From an uncultured virus (IMG/VR IMGVR_UViG_3300032322_002129) (taxonomy: Duplodnaviria > Heunggongvirae > Uroviricota > Caudoviricetes): a DNA stretch of 20,000 bases. The notes beneath the pieces are model-generated. The model was not told where the DNA came from and searched no databases. It worked only from the letters and a program-made list of their open reading frames with translations. The DNA is taken from IMG/VR virus record IMGVR_UViG_3300032322_002129. One strand, given 5' to 3'. This document shows positions 17,264 to 20,000 of the stretch, in pieces (positions within the stretch are counted from its first letter, which is position 1; each line of letters starts with the position of its first letter). Position numbers and translations under genes: made by a program.

Positions 17264-17275
17264 AAAGGATACATT

Positions 17276-17509
17276 ATGTATACTACTGATTTTGACAAAC
17301 TACTTCGTCTGTACGAAATTGCGCTAGATTCTCAAAATCCAGCAGACGCACAGAGAGTTTTCAATCTTGTGCGCCCCATCGCAGAACGCATGATTTATGA
17401 GTTGCTAGAAGTTTCCCTTGTTGCACGAAATCTTGTTGATGGTAAGCGTGATGTAACTACAGAGGATCTTATTTCTGCTGTACATCATGCTCGTAATGTG
17501 GTAGTATAA
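17276..17509 (+). CDS. Hypothetical helical protein
   Basis: 77 aa, SD AGAAAGGA. Confidence 0.7.
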   Translation: MYTTDFDKLLRLYEIALDSQNPADAQRVFNLVRPIAERMIYELLEVSLVARNLVDGKRDVTTEDLISAVHHARNVVV

Positions 17510-17529
17510 TTAGTTAGAAAGGCGCTCAC

Positions 17530-17976
17530 ATGAACGCACCACGAGCAGATAAAGGAGCTTCACTTACTAAAATCGTAGCAATTGTTGTTTGGCTCTTCGG
17601 AACAATTATGACGTTTAATTTTATGAACCAGACAACTTCTGGATCATGGGAGTTCATCCAACTTGCTGCAATCTCGTTTGGTATTCAGCTCGTACTTACT
17701 TTAGGGCAGAGTCCAATTTGGACTGGATCAACAAAAACGTGGCAAGTTAGCGCTATGAGCTTATTTTGTCTTATCAGTGATGTGCTGATTAACTTTGGTG
17801 GTGCATTATCAGTGATGGCGCAAGTAGATGCCTCTGGAAGTATTCAGGCATTTTCCAGCACATTCTTTGGGACATCAGCTGATTTCCCAATGTGGGTCAA
17901 AGGGATGCTTGCACTTATTGTCAGTATTGCTATTGCAGGACTTCCAGAATATCTCTGGCGTCTGGATATGAAGTAA
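17530..17976 (+). CDS. Integral membrane protein (about 4 TM)
   Basis: Four hydrophobic segments; SD AGAAAGG. Confidence 0.7.
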   Translation: MNAPRADKGASLTKIVAIVVWLFGTIMTFNFMNQTTSGSWEFIQLAAISFGIQLVLTLGQSPIWTGSTKTWQVSAMSLFCLISDVLINFGGALSVMAQVDASGSIQAFSSTFFGTSADFPMWVKGMLALIVSIAIAGLPEYLWRLDMK

Positions 17977-17986
17977 GGAGTTTCGT

Positions 17987-18544
17987 ATGGGATATGATCA
18001 CTGGATGACGCCACCAGATGAGTTGGAGCTTGCTCGGAGTATCATGGGCAGCATTACGTTAGATCCCGCAAGCAACGCGGTAGCACAGCAGTATGTACGT
18101 GCAGAACAGTATGCTGTGCTACCAGAGGAATATGATGGAAGTCCAGGTCAGGTTGTTGATGGGTTGCAGATCGCTTGGTCTGGTAATGTTTGGCTTAATC
18201 CTCCATACAGTAAACCAGTAGCAGACTTTGCAAAGAAAGCAGCAAAGGAACTACCAAACGTTACCAGTATGATGATCCTCGTTAATTCACAAACTGATGC
18301 AGCGTGGTATCATTTACTGATGGAGAAAATGTATTACCTGTGTCTCTATCGAGGTAGAATTAAGTTCTGGAAGGTATTTGACGGGGCTGCACATCAGCGC
18401 TGGATTAGTACTACTACCAGTAAAATGACAAACAGTCCTAGATATACCAATAGTGTATTCTTCCACAGCAAGGATGATGCAGCATTGAAGAGATTTGCGC
18501 AGGTATATGCAAGGAAGGGTAAAGTGTTAGTGCCTTTATATTAG
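17987..18544 (+). CDS. Phage DNA N6-adenine methyltransferase (Dam-like, phage T1/HP1 type)
   Basis: DHWMTP, ITLDPAS, DGL..AWSGNVWLNPPYS, LVNSQTDAAWY, GRIKF. Confidence 0.85.
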   Translation: MGYDHWMTPPDELELARSIMGSITLDPASNAVAQQYVRAEQYAVLPEEYDGSPGQVVDGLQIAWSGNVWLNPPYSKPVADFAKKAAKELPNVTSMMILVNSQTDAAWYHLLMEKMYYLCLYRGRIKFWKVFDGAAHQRWISTTTSKMTNSPRYTNSVFFHSKDDAALKRFAQVYARKGKVLVPLY

Positions 18545-18563
18545 CTTACCAGAAAGCAAACCA

Positions 18564-18594
18564 GTGTGCGCGGTGTTATAGTCGCCGCGCACAC
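18564..18594. repeat. Intergenic stem-loop built from two inverted copies of the TGTGCGCG motif
   Basis: GTGTGCGCGG-tgttatagtcg-CCGCGCACAC, perfect 10-bp stem; no U-tract. Confidence 0.75.
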
Positions 18595-18614
18595 CACAGA
18601 AAGGAAGGAAAAGG

Positions 18615-18806
18615 ATGCGGACACACTATCTTGTAAAAGATCTTCGACAAGCATGTCGGGAAAGACTGGGAATGGTTACGAATGGTCAAGTGTTGCTCGG
18701 TGAAGTACAGTTTAAAGTTCTGTGGGATGACAACAAGCATGAGTGGGTAGCTGCCAAGTATGTAGCAGAGGATGAAGACGATCAGGATGAGCCTTATAAG
18801 GGCTAG
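18615..18806 (+). CDS. Small hypothetical protein with acidic tail
   Basis: 63 aa after purine-rich AGAAAGGAAGGAAAAGG. Confidence 0.55.
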   Translation: MRTHYLVKDLRQACRERLGMVTNGQVLLGEVQFKVLWDDNKHEWVAAKYVAEDEDDQDEPYKG

Positions 18807-18818
18807 AAAGCAGGTAAT

Positions 18819-19502
18819 ATGGTAAAATATGTAGACTGCGCTGGTGTGCGCGAAATGGTATACATCTCAAAAAACGACATCCATCCAGCAATGGCAGAAG
18901 CAATTAGCCAATATTATAATCAACCAGTAGCAGTAGGAGTAGATATTGAAACAACAGGCTTAGATCCTCGCTATGATCGCATCTGTACGATTCAGGTTTC
19001 ATTACGATATGTGGGAACAAACGTCATCCAGCTAGATCCAGGAGCATTTCCAAAAAACCTGATAAACTATCTCACAGATAGCAATGTACATAAGATCTTT
19101 CACTACGCTATGTTTGATGTAGGATTTCTTTTGTATACGTATAAGCATATGCTTCGAAGTGTTAAATGTACGCGCACAGCAGCATCTATTGTCGATCCTA
19201 CACGACAAAAGTTTTTCTATCATGGAAAGCCAAGTCTTAGCCTTGCAGCACTGGTAGATCACTATTTTCAAGATACATTGAATAAAAAGCTCGCAGTAAG
19301 TGATTGGTCTAATCCCGATCTTACAGAAGAGCAGCTTGCGTATGCTGCAAAGGATTCATACTATCTCACGGATCTCTACTATCGATTGACAGAAGAGATG
19401 AATGATTTTGAGTATGACATGTATCTTGCTGCTTGTGAATGGCTTCCCTATAAGGTGTATGCGTTACAGAGCTTTCAACCAGATCACTTTAGTCGTGATT
19501 AG
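18819..19502 (+). CDS. Stand-alone DEDDy 3'-5' exonuclease (PolA proofreading / RNase D-like)
   Basis: ExoI VDIETTGLDP, ExoII FHYAMFDV, SLAALV, SDWS..DLTEEQLAYAAKD (ExoIII Y...D). Confidence 0.88.
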   Translation: MVKYVDCAGVREMVYISKNDIHPAMAEAISQYYNQPVAVGVDIETTGLDPRYDRICTIQVSLRYVGTNVIQLDPGAFPKNLINYLTDSNVHKIFHYAMFDVGFLLYTYKHMLRSVKCTRTAASIVDPTRQKFFYHGKPSLSLAALVDHYFQDTLNKKLAVSDWSNPDLTEEQLAYAAKDSYYLTDLYYRLTEEMNDFEYDMYLAACEWLPYKVYALQSFQPDHFSRD

Positions 19503-19537
19503 ATAGCCGTGACTAAAGTGTGCGCGGAGGGAGTATT

Positions 19538-20000
19538 ATGTCAACACGAAACATCAACATTAACAGTGGAGATTCAAGTGATAATCCAAAACTATCTCTC
19601 CGCAAGCCTGAACTAGGTACTACTGCGATAACTGCTATTGTGGTTATCGCAGTAGCCGCGCTTGCTTATCTGGTTGCATGGTTTCTTGCAGTGAATATCA
19701 CAAACTTCTACTGTTGGTCAAAAGGACAGAGTAGTTGTATCGCTAGTGATATTATTCACTATCTTTTTATTGTTGGTATTATTGCTGGTTTTATTGGTAT
19801 TGGTGCGTATGCAGTAGAAATTATTCGCAATACAAAGTATCTCTATTTCCGTGGAGTGTTTTTGGATCGTAAGTCTATTGAGGAGCATGCGCAGTCGTTG
19901 ATTGGTGTTATTAACACCAGCGCACGCAGTGAAGCTACATATGGGCTTGATACGCTGAGTAAAAGCGTAGAGGTGGTTGGTGGAAAAAGAGCAGAGGATG
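19538..20000 (+). CDS. Membrane protein (2 TM), 3'-truncated by the window edge; absent from the ORF track
   Basis: SD GGAGGGAG, ATG 19538, open to the end: MSTRNININSG...AITAIVVIAVAALAYLVAWFLAV...YLFIVGIIAGFIGIGAYAV... Confidence 0.75.
   Translation, partial: MSTRNININSGDSSDNPKLSLRKPELGTTAITAIVVIAVAALAYLVAWFLAVNITNFYCWSKGQSSCIASDIIHYLFIVGIIAGFIGIGAYAVEIIRNTKYLYFRGVFLDRKSIEEHAQSLIGVINTSARSEATYGLDTLSKSVEVVGGKRAED

Noticed and set aside
710..19271. Minus-strand and nested alternative-frame ORFs in the track (e.g. 710-1168, 2835-3215, 4109-4513, 16107-16412, 3655-3864, 3944-4129)
   Set aside because: All overlap well-supported + strand genes, have no recognisable motifs, and look like shadow ORFs.
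1..20000. Stop-codon reassignment (alternative genetic code)
   Set aside because: TAA, TAG and TGA all end genes at sensible boundaries and coding density is high under the standard code.
1..20000. tRNA, rRNA, riboswitch (e.g. cobalamin near nrdJ), integrase or transposase
   Set aside because: None recognised. Intergenic gaps are short and explained by hairpins or promoters, and the RNR leader is outside the window.

Overview
The window is a densely packed, single-strand (+) stretch of a large tailed dsDNA phage genome (about 40% GC by eye, standard genetic code). In order it carries: the 3' part of a class II ribonucleotide reductase with an intein at the catalytic Cys; a half DNA methyltransferase; GMP reductase; a terminator and an 11-bp repeat array; a packaging block (putative TerS, intein-containing TerL, probable portal) running straight into a lysis block (amidase and two holin-like proteins, no spanin seen). 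A consensus sigma70 promoter then drives an operon of DNA methyltransferase, GT2, GNAT, DegT-type aminotransferase, GT2, a small beta-rich protein and a DUF1599/Nmad1-like protein. A second consensus promoter drives small ORFs, a GH-A glycoside hydrolase, a Dam-like methyltransferase, a stand-alone 3'-5' exonuclease and membrane proteins. The main leads are (i) a candidate N-acyl-amino-sugar modification operon whose target could be DNA or the virion, (ii) the octamer TGTGCGCG/CGCGCACA, seen at least 21 times and also building intergenic hairpins, (iii) helically phased 11-bp repeats replacing the -35 upstream of the packaging genes, and (iv) two strong promoters whose -10 box lies in the left arm of an inverted repeat. 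All family assignments are from motif recognition by eye; no searches were run.
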